64,000 bases of DNA from Candidatus Dadabacteria bacterium (lineage in GTDB: Bacteria > Desulfobacterota_D > UBA1144 > Nemesobacterales > Mycalebacteriaceae), in contig JAPOUR010000032.1 in the NCBI GenBank assembly GCA_026708565.1, positions 9,081 to 73,080 on the forward strand. Reading direction: 5' to 3'. A program made the position numbers and the translations under genes. Of this stretch, positions 8,679 through 17,574 are shown one piece after another. Numbering within the stretch: position 1 is the stretch's first letter; every line of letters begins with the position of its first letter. The notes beneath the pieces are model-generated. The model saw only the letters and a program-made list of their open reading frames with translations. It was not told the origin of the DNA and searched no databases.

Positions 8679-9544
8679 TACTTCTCGCCCCGCTTGTGTT
8701 TTCGTCATGCGCGGGCAAACCGTTTCCCACCGGCATATTTGACAGGGAGGATGTCTTCAAGGTGTGGGCGCTTGCCGACACCCAGCCCATACACCTCTCG
8801 CACAGGAGGGTTTTTGAAAACGCCGTTGACGACATGAACCGGAACACGAGGAATGTTCACATGGCCCTTGTCGCCGGAGACATTGCAGACCGCCCAAGCG
8901 AAGAGGTTTTTGACTGGTATCTCGCGGCGCGGTCAAAATCGTATATTAAATCGTGGAACGAGATCGCGGGCAATCATGACAACAAACCGGACGGCGGCGC
9001 GCTCTTCAGGAAAAAGATCGGCAAATTTCACAGGGCCGTCCTGCGCGGAAACATTCTTTTCATCCTCATATCGGACGAGAAAGAAACCAAATCAACCTTC
9101 ATAAGCGACAAAACTTTTGAGTGGTGGAGGGAAACCGTTGAAAACAACCGGGACAAAATAATAGTCACCGTAACCCACGCGCCGCTTGAGGGAAGCTCAA
9201 TAGCCCTTTCCGGGATGGAAGCCCGCCGGATAGAGCGCTCGGAACGTTTCACCGAAACGCTTAAAAAAGAAAAAGTTGCCCTCTGGCTTTCGGGTCATCT
9301 TCACATCCCGCATTTTTTCCCGCGCACGGTTACGAAAAAAGAAAACCTGAACGGGACGGTTTTTGTTCACATATCCTCCATACGCCCCGAACTGAAAGGT
9401 TTTAAGCAGCCGGAATCCCGCTTTCTCGCATTTTACTGCGGAACAAAAAAAGCGTCCGTATTTTCAAGAAACCATCAAAAAAGAAAATGGCAAAACAGGC
9501 ACGCCAAACATTTGACCCTTTCAAAAACCGTTGAATGCCCGTAG
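8657..9544 (+). CDS. Calcineurin-like metallophosphoesterase, probably a lipoprotein.
   Basis: Signal peptide with lipobox LVFSSC, and the motifs GDIADRPS, GNHD and GHLH. Confidence 0.7.
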   Translation: MRLLFPLILLAPLVFSSCAGKPFPTGIFDREDVFKVWALADTQPIHLSHRRVFENAVDDMNRNTRNVHMALVAGDIADRPSEEVFDWYLAARSKSYIKSWNEIAGNHDNKPDGGALFRKKIGKFHRAVLRGNILFILISDEKETKSTFISDKTFEWWRETVENNRDKIIVTVTHAPLEGSSIALSGMEARRIERSERFTETLKKEKVALWLSGHLHIPHFFPRTVTKKENLNGTVFVHISSIRPELKGFKQPESRFLAFYCGTKKASVFSRNHQKRKWQNRHAKHLTLSKTVECP

Positions 9545-9556
9545 CGCGGGCGAACG

Positions 9557-9946
9557 TTACTTTCCGCCCGAAACGCGCTCCAGAACAACATCCACAATTT
9601 TTTCGTGTATGCCGAGCGGGTCGGTAACGGTGTGCCTGAGGCCGGGGAATTTCCGCGCCGCCGCCCGCGCCATTGAGGGAATGTCAAAGCCCGAATGTTT
9701 TCCGGGAACGAGAAAGTAGGGGTGAACCACCACCTCTTCCGCCCCCATTTCCGCGCATTTTGCAAACGCATCCTCCATTGTCGGGGGGGCTAACTCCATA
9801 TGGCAGTGCTCAACCATGTCAAAGTCCGTATTTCTCGCCTCTATCCTTTGCGCGACAAGGGCGAGCAGCCGGTTTGCCTCATCAACCGTGCTGCCGTGGT
9901 CAACAAGTATCAGGGCTTTTCTAATTTGCCTGTTTTGCCCCGACAT
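9557..9946 (-). CDS. cbiX: Small-form sirohydrochlorin chelatase CbiX(S).
   Basis: 129 aa. The sequence ALILVDHGSTVDEANR...HPYFLVPGKH is typical of CbiX-S. An AGGAA ribosome-binding site is present. Confidence 0.7.
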   Translation of the reverse strand: MSGQNRQIRKALILVDHGSTVDEANRLLALVAQRIEARNTDFDMVEHCHMELAPPTMEDAFAKCAEMGAEEVVVHPYFLVPGKHSGFDIPSMARAAARKFPGLRHTVTDPLGIHEKIVDVVLERVSGGK

Positions 9947-11057
9947 TTTCCAGAACTGTTCCTAAAACTATGTCCGCGCACCTGTTGAATTCCTCAATAA
10001 CAAGATGCTCATTAACCGTGTGGAGTTCATACATGCCCGTTCCGAGATTGACGCACTCTATGCCCTTGCGGTTGAAGAAATTGGCGTCGCACCCGCCGCC
10101 GCTTGTGTGAAAAACCACCGGAAAACCCGTTTCGCGCGCGACACTCTCCACCATTTTTGCAATACGGGAGGATTCGGACACATCCATCAGCGGATAAATG
10201 GGCTCGCGCGTTATCTTCACATCCGGTTTGCCCCCGCGCGCCTTTGCCGATGCGGCGATAAAGCGCTCCTCCATGTGGTCCATCTGCTTTGCGAGTTTTT
10301 CCTCATTGTGGCTTCTTGCCTCGCACAAAAGGGACACGGAACCCGGAATTATGTTGATTGCCGTTCCGCCCGATATCTTCCCCACATTGGCGGTGGTCTC
10401 AAAGTCTATCCTTCCCAGTTTCATCCCTGATATGGCGTCCGCCGCAATTTCTATGGCGCTTACGCCGTCCTCCGGGCACAGGCCGGCGTGCGCCTCAACG
10501 CCCTTTATTTCCACATTCATCATGTCGGAGGCGGGGCATTTGACAACAAGCCGCTCCGGTGTGCTGCTGTCAAGAACTATTCCCTCGGCGGACTCAAACA
10601 GCGAAGGGTCAATATGCTTTGCCCCCAGTAGGCCGACCTCTTCGCATATTGTGAACGCTATCTCAATGTCGCCGTGGGGAAGGGCGTTCTCTTTGAGGGA
10701 GCGCGCGACCTCAACAATCACCGAGACGCCGCTTTTGTCATCGCTGCCCAAAATGGTGTCGCCGCCGCTTCTGAGAAAGCCGTCTTCCACGCGCGGGTTT
10801 ATGCCCCTGCCCGGCGCGACCGTGTCCATGTGGGCGGAAAGAAGAAGGGGAGGGGCGCTTGTGTTGCCCCTTATCTTCACAATCAGGTTTCCGGTGTCGC
10901 CGCCGACTTTTTCTCCGCAGTCATCGTAAGAGCAGTCCGCGCCGAGTTCCCGCATCTGCTTTTCCAGAACCAGCGCGACATCCCTCTCACAACGTGACTC
11001 GCTGTCTATCCGGATGATATCCGTCAGGTGCTCCAGCATTCTCGTGTATGAAATCAT
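9921..11057 (-). CDS. pepT: Peptidase T-like M20 family tripeptidase.
   Basis: Motifs HMDTV and GSDDKSGV. A GGAGG ribosome-binding site lies 7 nt upstream of the ATG of MISYTRMLEHL. The longer ORF-track N-terminus is rejected. Confidence 0.7.
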   Translation of the reverse strand: MISYTRMLEHLTDIIRIDSESRCERDVALVLEKQMRELGADCSYDDCGEKVGGDTGNLIVKIRGNTSAPPLLLSAHMDTVAPGRGINPRVEDGFLRSGGDTILGSDDKSGVSVIVEVARSLKENALPHGDIEIAFTICEEVGLLGAKHIDPSLFESAEGIVLDSSTPERLVVKCPASDMMNVEIKGVEAHAGLCPEDGVSAIEIAADAISGMKLGRIDFETTANVGKISGGTAINIIPGSVSLLCEARSHNEEKLAKQMDHMEERFIAASAKARGGKPDVKITREPIYPLMDVSESSRIAKMVESVARETGFPVVFHTSGGGCDANFFNRKGIECVNLGTGMYELHTVNEHLVIEEFNRCADIVLGTVLENVGAKQAN

Positions 11058-12351
11058 GTTCAATCCTCCCCGAATCGCGCCGGGAAGTATGCTGTCCGCC
11101 AAGCATAAAATCAACACGGCCTGTGAGCGCCTCAAGGTTGTCGCGCATTTTTGCGGACACAAAAACCGCGCCGCGGTATATCAAAGAAAGGTCTTTTATT
11201 CTGCCGGGCGGGGCCGTGTCGGTCTTGTTGAAAGCAAGCAGCCGGGGAATGTCGCCAAACCCCATAAGGCCGATAACATTTTCAACCGCCGTTATTTTGT
11301 CTTCCACAACCGGGTCGCCCGCGTCCGCCACATGAACAAGCAGGCCCGCGCCGCCAATCTCCTCAAGGGTCGCCCTGAAAGCCATTCTCAGGTCGTCCGG
11401 CAGGTCTTTGATAAAACCCACCGTGTCTGTGAGGAGAACAGGGGAGCGCGCCGGGCGGTAAAGGCGGCGGGTCTTTGTGGCGAGGGTGGTGAACATTTTG
11501 TCCGCCGCATCGGCGGGGGCTTTGGTCAGGGCGGCAAACAGGGTGGATTTTCCCGCATTTGTATAGCCCACAAGGGAAACCGCCCGCGAGTTGCCGTCTT
11601 TTATGCGGCGGGTCTTTGTGCGCTCCCTTCTCGCCGATATGCCCTCCATTTGCCGCTCAAGGTCTTTTATCCGCTTCCGCAGGCCCCTTCTCTCTTTTTC
11701 CAAGCGTTTCTCTCCGGGGCCCCTTGTTCCTATACCGGCTCCGGGGTTTGACATCAGCGCCCCGCTTCCCGCAAGGCGGGGAAGGGCGTATTTCAATTCG
11801 GCGAGTTTGACCTGAAGCCTTCCCTCTTTTGAGGACGCCCGGGATGAGAAAATTTCAAGAATCAGTTGCGTCCTGTCAATAATTTTCATGTCAGTGCGGC
11901 TTTGTATCTCGGAAATTTCCGCCGGTTTCAATTCGGTGTCAAAAATTACCGCCCCCGCCCCCTCATGCCTTGCAAGCAGAAGAAGGTCGGAGAGGTTCGC
12001 CTCTCCCAAAACGGTGTTGCCCGTCCTTTTGGAGGGACGGAGCATATGGATGCGCCGCCCGGCAACCTGTTTTCCCGCAGACACCGCAAGCCGCTCAAGT
12101 TCCTCAAGCGAGGCCGCCGCCCCGGCCTGCGTCCCGCGCGAGGCTCCCGCAAGAAAAACACAATCCCGGCCTCGCGGGGCGGCGGGGCGCGCCGCCTCCG
12201 GAACGGCAAGGGCGGTCTGCGAATCAACCCTCACGGCTCTGTAATCCGGAAAGCGGACGGTTTCACATCTGTCCGGGCCGGGAGAGGGGCGGGCAAACTC
12301 AAAACCCGCATGGCCCCGGGGGCCGCCCGGCATTGTTATGACGCCCACCAT
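10987..12351 (-). CDS. hflX: GTPase HflX.
   Basis: HflX N-domain (QVKLAELKYALPRL) and the G-domain motifs GYTNAGKST and DTVGFI. The start is uncertain; the ORF is open back to 12609. The 3' end overlaps the pepT start by 71 bp. Confidence 0.7.
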   Translation of the reverse strand: MVGVITMPGGPRGHAGFEFARPSPGPDRCETVRFPDYRAVRVDSQTALAVPEAARPAAPRGRDCVFLAGASRGTQAGAAASLEELERLAVSAGKQVAGRRIHMLRPSKRTGNTVLGEANLSDLLLLARHEGAGAVIFDTELKPAEISEIQSRTDMKIIDRTQLILEIFSSRASSKEGRLQVKLAELKYALPRLAGSGALMSNPGAGIGTRGPGEKRLEKERRGLRKRIKDLERQMEGISARRERTKTRRIKDGNSRAVSLVGYTNAGKSTLFAALTKAPADAADKMFTTLATKTRRLYRPARSPVLLTDTVGFIKDLPDDLRMAFRATLEEIGGAGLLVHVADAGDPVVEDKITAVENVIGLMGFGDIPRLLAFNKTDTAPPGRIKDLSLIYRGAVFVSAKMRDNLEALTGRVDFMLGGQHTSRRDSGRIEHDFIHENAGAPDGYHPDRQRVTL

Positions 12352-12733
12352 TTCAAGCCGCTCGTTGATAAGGGTGAACCTGTCATTTTCCGTAAGCCCC
12401 CGCCCGTCGGCGCGGGCGCGGATGAGCCTGTAGTTCCTCACCGCCTTTGCCGTGTCGCGGCGTTTTTTGAAAAAGGCGGATATTTCCGCATCGCAACCGT
12501 CTCCGAGAAACACGGCGCAGACCCCGCCTTTCCCGTTGACAAGGGCGGAGACGGGCCTCTTTGCGGCGGAAACCGCCGAGCACAGGGACGCGCCGAACTC
12601 CGGCGTCATAACCCGCCCGGGATTCAGATTTTTATCATACAGTTTGAGAACCAGCCTGACTTCTCTGCTGGTAAGCCCGGACTTCCTTCCGTAAACGGAA
12701 ACAGTCGCTATTGAACTTCTCCTATGATGTTCA

Positions 12734-12838
12734 TCATGGGTTCAAAAAAACATGCGTAAGCGCGGCGATAAACAGTATTGAGCCGACCAGAACAAAAATG
12801 CCCGCTATGTAAATCTCTGCGCCCGTCCGGTTTTTCAT
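12734..12838 (-). CDS. Putative leaderless small hydrophobic peptide of 34 aa (MKNRTGAEIYIAGIFVLVGSILFIAALTHVFLNP), ending in tandem TGA TGA stops.
   Basis: The ATG lies 6 nt downstream of a perfect TATAAT -10 element. The ORF is not in the track because it is shorter than 60 aa. Confidence 0.35.
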   Translation of the reverse strand: MKNRTGAEIYIAGIFVLVGSILFIAALTHVFLNP

Positions 12839-12844
12839 ACCGCT

Positions 12845-12872
12845 ATTATAATGCCGCGCGGGGAGTTGTCAA
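12845..12872 (-). promoter_or_regulatory. Near-consensus sigma-70 promoter on the minus strand: TTGACA, 16-bp spacer, TATAAT.
   Basis: Read directly. The -35 element is at 12867-12872 and the -10 element at 12845-12850, given as the reverse complement. It is the only transcription signal upstream of the small ORF and hflX. Confidence 0.6.
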
Positions 12873-12938
12873 AAGCGGGGCTCGCCGTTAGACTGACTTT
12901 CAACAACGGGCGGCAAAGCCCGCATAAAGGAGAAGACA

Positions 12939-13874
12939 ATGGCGCGTGTTGCAACTATTTCACCGGTGTGGGGATGCGGAGTTGAGGATTTGAGGGCTCT
13001 CGCCCGCGAGGCGGAGGGGGCGGGGTTTGAAGCGATTTTCTCGCCCGAAGTGCCGCCTTACAGCGCCATCTCAAACGCTCAGGTGTTTGCCGAAGCCACA
13101 TCCTCAATCAAGGTCGGCACATGGATCACAAATATCTTTATGCGCAAGCCGGTTATTTGCGCCGCCGAGGCTCTGACCGTTCAGGAGGTTTCCGGCGGCA
13201 GGATGATATTGGGGCTGGGAGTGAGCCACAAGCCGGTCAACGACAAATTCGGCATAGACATGGGAAATCCAGTTGAGTCAATGGAGGACTACATAGCGCA
13301 GATAAGGCCCATACTTGACGGCTCCTCGGAACTGCTGACAATCAAGCGCGAACTGCCCCGCATTCCCGTCCACATAGCGGGGCTTACAAACTCTGCGGCG
13401 CAGTTGGCGGGAAGGGCGGCGGACGGGCTGATGCCCTACATGTCTCCGCCGGAATATGTCAGGCAATTGAAGGAGCGGGTTGCGGAGGGCGCAAAGGAGG
13501 CGGGGAGAGACCCGTCTGCGGTTGAAATTACAAACGGCATTCCGTCTTTCATTTCAGACAGTTTTGATGACGCCGTAAAGGCGGCGAAATTCGGGCTTTC
13601 CGGCTACGCGCGGTTTCCCTTTTATCAGCGTCTCATCACCAACATCGGCCACGGCGAAGTGGTTGAAAAAATCAAAGGGGGAGAAAAACCGCACGAGGCG
13701 TTTACCGATGAACTGATTGACGCGGTGGCGCTTGTGGGCTCCGCAGAGCGCTGCCGCGAGCGGCTTGAAGCCCACAGGGAGGCGGGCGTCAGCCTGCCCA
13801 TCATAGTTCCCGGGGCGGTGGGCAAGCAGAGCAATGTGGAGGTGATGAAAGTTACCTGCGCGGCCTACGGTTAA
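12939..13874 (+). CDS. LLM-family flavin/F420-dependent oxidoreductase (luciferase-like monooxygenase fold).
   Basis: N-terminus MARVATISPVWGCGVEDLRALAREAEGAGFEAIFSPEV, and an AGGAGA ribosome-binding site. Confidence 0.65.
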   Translation: MARVATISPVWGCGVEDLRALAREAEGAGFEAIFSPEVPPYSAISNAQVFAEATSSIKVGTWITNIFMRKPVICAAEALTVQEVSGGRMILGLGVSHKPVNDKFGIDMGNPVESMEDYIAQIRPILDGSSELLTIKRELPRIPVHIAGLTNSAAQLAGRAADGLMPYMSPPEYVRQLKERVAEGAKEAGRDPSAVEITNGIPSFISDSFDDAVKAAKFGLSGYARFPFYQRLITNIGHGEVVEKIKGGEKPHEAFTDELIDAVALVGSAERCRERLEAHREAGVSLPIIVPGAVGKQSNVEVMKVTCAAYG

Positions 13875-15575
13875 TCAGACCGCGCCGCCGTGCAACCCGC
13901 GCAGTTCGCCGCGTTTTTTCTTTCCGTTTTTCGTGCGCGGTATCGCGCCGGTGATGAAAACCTCTTTGGGAATCTTGTAATGCGCAAGGCGGGCGGAGAG
14001 GAAATCCAATATCTCTTTTTTCAGAGTTTCCCCGTCATGCCCGCCGGGGGAGGGAACGACAAACGCCGCCGCGATAACCTTTCCTTCGCCCGCCTCAATC
14101 CCCGCCGCCGCGCAGTCCGCCACTTTCGGGTGCTTTGACAGCGCGGCCTCAATTTCAAAGGGTGAAATCCTGTAACCGAAACTGTTTATCATGTCGTCTT
14201 TTCTGCCAAGCGGCCACAGGTAGCCCTCATCGTCCGCCGTAAAATAGTCGCCGCTAATAAAATCCCCCTTGCGCGAAAACATTTCGCGCGTCTCAGCGGG
14301 GCGGTTCCAGTAGCCGAGCATAATTCCGGGGTCGCCGGGCGATGAGCACAAAACCCCTTCCCCGCCGCCGCGAACCGGCTCTCCGCTTTCGGGGTCGACA
14401 AGAAAACATTTTCGCCCCGGCTGCGGCATTCCCGGAGAGCCGGGCCTGATACCCATCCCCTCCATGTTTGATATGTAATAACTGAACTCGCTCATCCCCA
14501 GCCCTTCGCGTATGTCAACGCCGAAATTATCTTTCCAGACTGAAAAAAGTTCGGGGGTCAGATGCTCGCCCGCGCTGAGGCAATGGGTCAGCCCCGAAAC
14601 ATCGGGAGGCGGGCCGCTTGCCGCGTCTCTCGCCATCTGCCGGAAAACCGTCGGCACGGCCATAAACACATCAACGCGGTGTTTTTTTATCAGGTCAAAC
14701 ATAATGCGCGGATTGTATGCCCCGCCGTAAAGCACCGATGAGCATCCGTGCCGCCATGCGTCAAGGCATCCGGCTCCGAGGGTGTATGTCCAGTTGAGTT
14801 TCCCCGCGTGAAAAACCCGTGGGCGGGAGCGCGCCCCAAGCCAGAACACCGCCGCCGGGTCGCGCCCTATGGCCGCCCTGTGCGCGTGTGCAACCCCCTT
14901 GGGCTCGCCGGTTGTTCCCGATGTGTAGCACAGATAAGCGATGTCTTCGGCGGAAGTGTTTGCGGGCGTGAGTTCGGCGGGGGCATTTTCCGTCAGATTG
15001 TCAATATCCGCGCAACCGGCGGGCGCTTTCCCGCCGGTCGTCCAAACCGCGCTCAAACCGGCCGCCGCCTCCCCGACCCGCCCGTAAATTTCCGGAGAGG
15101 TTACAAGCGCCTTCGCGCCGCTGTCCGCAAGTATGTGGGAAACCTCATGACGGGTAAGCATTGCGCTCGCCGGAATTGGAATCGCGCCGATTTTCATCGC
15201 CGCAAGAAATGAAAACGGAAATTCCGGAACGTTGTCCAACATAACCATCACCCTGTCGCCGCGTTTAACGCCGGAGGCGAGAAATATGTTTGCGATTTTA
15301 TTTGTCTCCGTTTTCAGGTCTGAAAAACTGAACCGTTTCACCTCCCCGTCCCCGCCCTCCCATATAAGGGCGGTTCTGTTTGCAAGGTCGGGATTTGAGG
15401 CGTTCCTGTCCGCGCAGTCAACGCCCGCGTTAAACTTGCGGGGAATGTTCCACTTCCACGAGGCGCAGAGGGCTTTGTAGTCAAAAGGCATGGGTGTAAT
15501 TATTATGAATTGGTCGGGAGTTTCAAAGGGAGGGGGGAACATGAAGGTTATTAAATGCCGCCGTTTTGAGTCCAC
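13875..15575 (-). CDS. AMP-dependent synthetase/ligase, an acyl-CoA synthetase related to acetoacetyl- or acetyl-CoA synthetases.
   Basis: AMP-binding motif YTSGTTGEPKGV. The start is uncertain: a GTG at 15575 or an ATG at 15491. Confidence 0.75.
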   Translation of the reverse strand: MDSKRRHLITFMFPPPFETPDQFIIITPMPFDYKALCASWKWNIPRKFNAGVDCADRNASNPDLANRTALIWEGGDGEVKRFSFSDLKTETNKIANIFLASGVKRGDRVMVMLDNVPEFPFSFLAAMKIGAIPIPASAMLTRHEVSHILADSGAKALVTSPEIYGRVGEAAAGLSAVWTTGGKAPAGCADIDNLTENAPAELTPANTSAEDIAYLCYTSGTTGEPKGVAHAHRAAIGRDPAAVFWLGARSRPRVFHAGKLNWTYTLGAGCLDAWRHGCSSVLYGGAYNPRIMFDLIKKHRVDVFMAVPTVFRQMARDAASGPPPDVSGLTHCLSAGEHLTPELFSVWKDNFGVDIREGLGMSEFSYYISNMEGMGIRPGSPGMPQPGRKCFLVDPESGEPVRGGGEGVLCSSPGDPGIMLGYWNRPAETREMFSRKGDFISGDYFTADDEGYLWPLGRKDDMINSFGYRISPFEIEAALSKHPKVADCAAAGIEAGEGKVIAAAFVVPSPGGHDGETLKKEILDFLSARLAHYKIPKEVFITGAIPRTKNGKKKRGELRGLHGGAV

Positions 15576-15694
15576 CGCCGATGGCTACTGTTGATGAAGA
15601 AGCGTTAACAATCTTCTGCCTCCCCTTGACAACAGCAAAACTATCCCTTTAGACTTTTCGAAGTTGTCGCTTAATTAGCGGGCAACTTGGTCAG

Positions 15695-17512
15695 ATGAAT
15701 CCACTTTACACCAGCGTTAGGCGCGAGACGAAGAGAGCCCTGACCGTCCTTGGGGCGATTCTCTGTTTATTAATTCCGGCGGATTTTGCCAAAGCAGATT
15801 ACAGCGGAAACGGGGCAGAAAACGGGGCAACCGACATGGGCGGAGGCCACCCTTCCACCCCCGGCCCGGACACTACTAATGCGGCGGTGTGGCTCAATTC
15901 ATCCGCTTTCGGCGCGTTTGCACGCACGCAGGGACACGATTCAACTGCCATCGGCGCAAGCACAATTGTTACAGGAAATTCTTCAACAGCCATTGGTTTT
16001 TCGGCGGGGGCCAGAGGGAACAATGCAACGGCTGTCGGCGCGAGGGCTTTTGCGAAAGAAAATTCAACGGCTGTCGGCCAGTTTGCGAGGGCGGACGGAC
16101 TAAATTCAACGGCTGTCGGTCATAGCGCGTGCGCGGTTGAATATAGCGCAACGGCCCTCGGACGCGACGCATTTGCAAGACAGGAAGCAACAGCTCTCGG
16201 CGCGTTTGCGAGGGCGGATGATTATTCAATAGCGTTAGGCGCAAGGGCTTTTGCAAACGGCAGGGGTGGCGCCGTTGCCATTGGGACGGGCTCAAACGCG
16301 ACCGGCACGGACGCAATAGCAATCGGGCGCAATGTGCTCGCCACCGGCGGACAAATCCGCATCGGCAACTCCTCAGTAAGGAATGTGCGGATAGGCGCTT
16401 ACGACTTGAGTGAACTTTCAGGCATTACCGGAGACGGCATAAGCGCCGATGCCGTTGGAGATATAATTACCAATGCGGCAACGGAAGGCGGAACGATTGA
16501 CAGGGCAATTGACAGGGCGTTAAGAGTTGAAACCGAGTCCCGCGCCAATGCCGACAATGCTCTGCGCGCCGACCTCGGCACACAAACCGATATGCGCAAT
16601 TCCAACGGTAGCGCACACGCGCGCATCAATTACATACAAGACGTAATCGGCTCGGCAAACAGCGCTGAACTTATGGCGTGGCGTGTGAATGAAGCCGTTT
16701 CAGCCGTGGATCCGGTTATGCCGGATGAAGAGGGGCAACTCAGTATAAAAATTAACGCTGAAACCGGTGAGATTATCTTGACGGGAGACAGCGTGCGCGC
16801 TCAGGTGGCATCGCTGGTGGCGGCTTTATCCCGCTCCAACAGTCCTCTGGTGGATGCCGAGGGCAATCCGGTCAACACCAGCTTGGGAGAGTTCAATGAA
16901 CTGGACCCCGGCCAAGTGAGCGGCAACCAACGGCTGACATACCTGTTCCGGGCCTTATACGGCGACCCCTCGGTTGCCAGCCCCGGCGATAATGACATTG
17001 ACTCCAACACCCCGCACGCCGACAGCATAGTAGGGCGCATACAACAGGGAGTGTTGCGTAGCGAGGCGGATGTTGCGGCTGACCGTGACACCAATGGCGG
17101 ATTGGCGGGGAACGGCGGTTATCGTGCGGCGCCGACAATCGGCTCAGGCCGCATGGATGCGCCAAACACTGAGGCTGACCGCCAGTTAGTTGTGCAGGAT
17201 ACAAATGTTGACGGCACGGTGCGTCTGAGCACTTTGCCTTTCAGCACCCTGTCCGGCTTAGACCGGCGCGTGGAAGGGTTGGAAAAAGACCTTTCCGCCG
17301 GCATTGCCATGTCAATGGCAATGCAGTCGTCTCTCTTGCCGGGCGAGAGAATGAGCGTGTCTCTCGGTTCCGCAACCTATAATAAAGAATACGCTGCGGC
17401 TTTATCTTTAGGATTACGCATCAACAAGAGGTGGCGGTTCAATACCGGCGTGGGCTGGGGAAGTAGCGGAACCAAACTGGGCGGTCGCTTCGGCGCAACC
17501 TACGGATGGTGA
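15695..17512 (+). CDS. Small trimeric autotransporter adhesin with a signal peptide, a Hep_Hag head, a coiled-coil stalk and a canonical YadA anchor ending ...GRFGATYGW.
   Basis: Signal peptide MNPLYTSV...LLIPADFAKA, head repeats NSTAVG/DSTAIG, and the motif IRIGNSSVRNVRIGAYDL before the stalk. Confidence 0.8.
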   Translation: MNPLYTSVRRETKRALTVLGAILCLLIPADFAKADYSGNGAENGATDMGGGHPSTPGPDTTNAAVWLNSSAFGAFARTQGHDSTAIGASTIVTGNSSTAIGFSAGARGNNATAVGARAFAKENSTAVGQFARADGLNSTAVGHSACAVEYSATALGRDAFARQEATALGAFARADDYSIALGARAFANGRGGAVAIGTGSNATGTDAIAIGRNVLATGGQIRIGNSSVRNVRIGAYDLSELSGITGDGISADAVGDIITNAATEGGTIDRAIDRALRVETESRANADNALRADLGTQTDMRNSNGSAHARINYIQDVIGSANSAELMAWRVNEAVSAVDPVMPDEEGQLSIKINAETGEIILTGDSVRAQVASLVAALSRSNSPLVDAEGNPVNTSLGEFNELDPGQVSGNQRLTYLFRALYGDPSVASPGDNDIDSNTPHADSIVGRIQQGVLRSEADVAADRDTNGGLAGNGGYRAAPTIGSGRMDAPNTEADRQLVVQDTNVDGTVRLSTLPFSTLSGLDRRVEGLEKDLSAGIAMSMAMQSSLLPGERMSVSLGSATYNKEYAAALSLGLRINKRWRFNTGVGWGSSGTKLGGRFGATYGW

Positions 17513-17574
17513 AAACCAACCTCCTTTCTCCCGCTTGAGTTACCCCCCGCTTTCTGTAAACTCCCTTTTCAGTT

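Noticed and set aside
11866-12714. A 282-aa plus-strand ORF, and several Arg/Pro-rich ORFs, opposite hflX.
   Set aside because: These are high-GC antisense artefacts with no ribosome-binding site and low-complexity translations.
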